A program made the position numbers and the translations under genes. Shown here piece by piece: positions 61,126 to 61,749 of a DNA stretch of 61,749 bases. The DNA is taken from contig JBEWZL010000237.1 in the NCBI GenBank assembly GCA_045837725.1, positions 124,001 to 185,749 on the forward strand, in the 5' to 3' direction. How positions within the stretch are numbered: position 1 is the first letter of the stretch; each line of letters begins with the position of its first letter. The DNA is from Vermamoeba vermiformis. Taxonomy: Eukaryota. The notes under the pieces were generated by a model. That model was not told where the DNA came from, ran no database searches, and worked only from the letters and a program-made list of their open reading frames with translations.

Positions 61126-61749
61126 TAATTAATGACCCATTGTAGCTTCAATTAAAATTACAGCAATTTATCACATGCAATCGATCACCGACGCCGCTAT
61201 TTCATCGGCCACGACTTTGAATTCAGTGTCGAACACGAGGTCCTTTGTGTACGTTATTTTAATTATTACTCTTGCTTTATCTAATTATTCTTATAGATCA
61301 ATCTTCTGGGATTTGTGCCCGAAATCGATTAGGCCTCCTGTAATCGGCACCAGATAATTGGAAGGGCGTCGTCAATGTCCGTCAAAATTGGTCAAAATTC
61401 TGTCCCGTACGAAGTTCCAAGAATTTGAACAGTCTTTTTCATTCGCTCAAAAGATGCAAGACAACATCGGCGTTAATAACTGGCCTGAAGAAGTCCTGTT
61501 TTCATTTTTCAAGAACTTGGATCGGAATATTGCTTATCTCTCGTTCTCTCACGAGGTTTGGGGGTAAATACGGGTGGTTTATTTAGCCTCAGCGTCACTG
61601 GGTGTTGTGCCAGCACACCCGAGTGACGCTACAGACCCGTATACAAGAATTAAAATTATTGTACAAGTTATGCGTAAAAATAAAAATCGAAAAATTTAAA
61701 AAAGAAAAAATATACGTTACAATGCGAATCTAGCAGCGAGTTGTGGTGC

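Noticed and set aside
61175-61567. Short ORFs at the right edge
   Set aside because: No recognisable motif or consistent splice structure, so no gene can be supported.

Overview
A gene-dense eukaryotic window with about 32 protein-coding genes. Introns are GT-AG and mostly 45-60 nt, with a conserved CTAAC/CTGAC branch site. A cortexillin-like gene suggests an amoebozoan protist (inference). The left ~45 kb holds housekeeping genes: endosulfine, TRM61, LipB, LipA, LSm7, RAD6, PP1 inhibitor-2, SMCR8-like, RPEL-RhoGAP, U2AF35, MCCA, COMMD10, URM1, ValRS, PIG-Z-like, cortexillin, an F-box protein, a Cx9C protein, CLoG1-like, RDM1 and RBM22. The right end is rich in secreted or GPI-type surface proteins, including one with 12 Cys-rich repeats (mostly one per exon) and a bacterial-type polysaccharide lyase. 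Four signals are not explained by the gene models. (1) A ~1.7 kb CpG-depleted segment at 5.2-6.9 kb has no convincing ORF and is packed with hairpins whose non-Watson-Crick pairs are G-U on the minus strand, so it is a candidate structured RNA or RNA-derived element. (2) CACGTG is extremely enriched inside gene bodies and at intron 3' ends. (3) LipB and TRM61 overlap through a bacterial-style ATGA stop/start, next to LipA. (4) U2AF35 and MCCA carry candidate poison micro-exons. No rRNA, tRNA or CRISPR array was recognised. Exon boundaries and counts were done by eye, and family calls come from recalled motifs rather than database searches.
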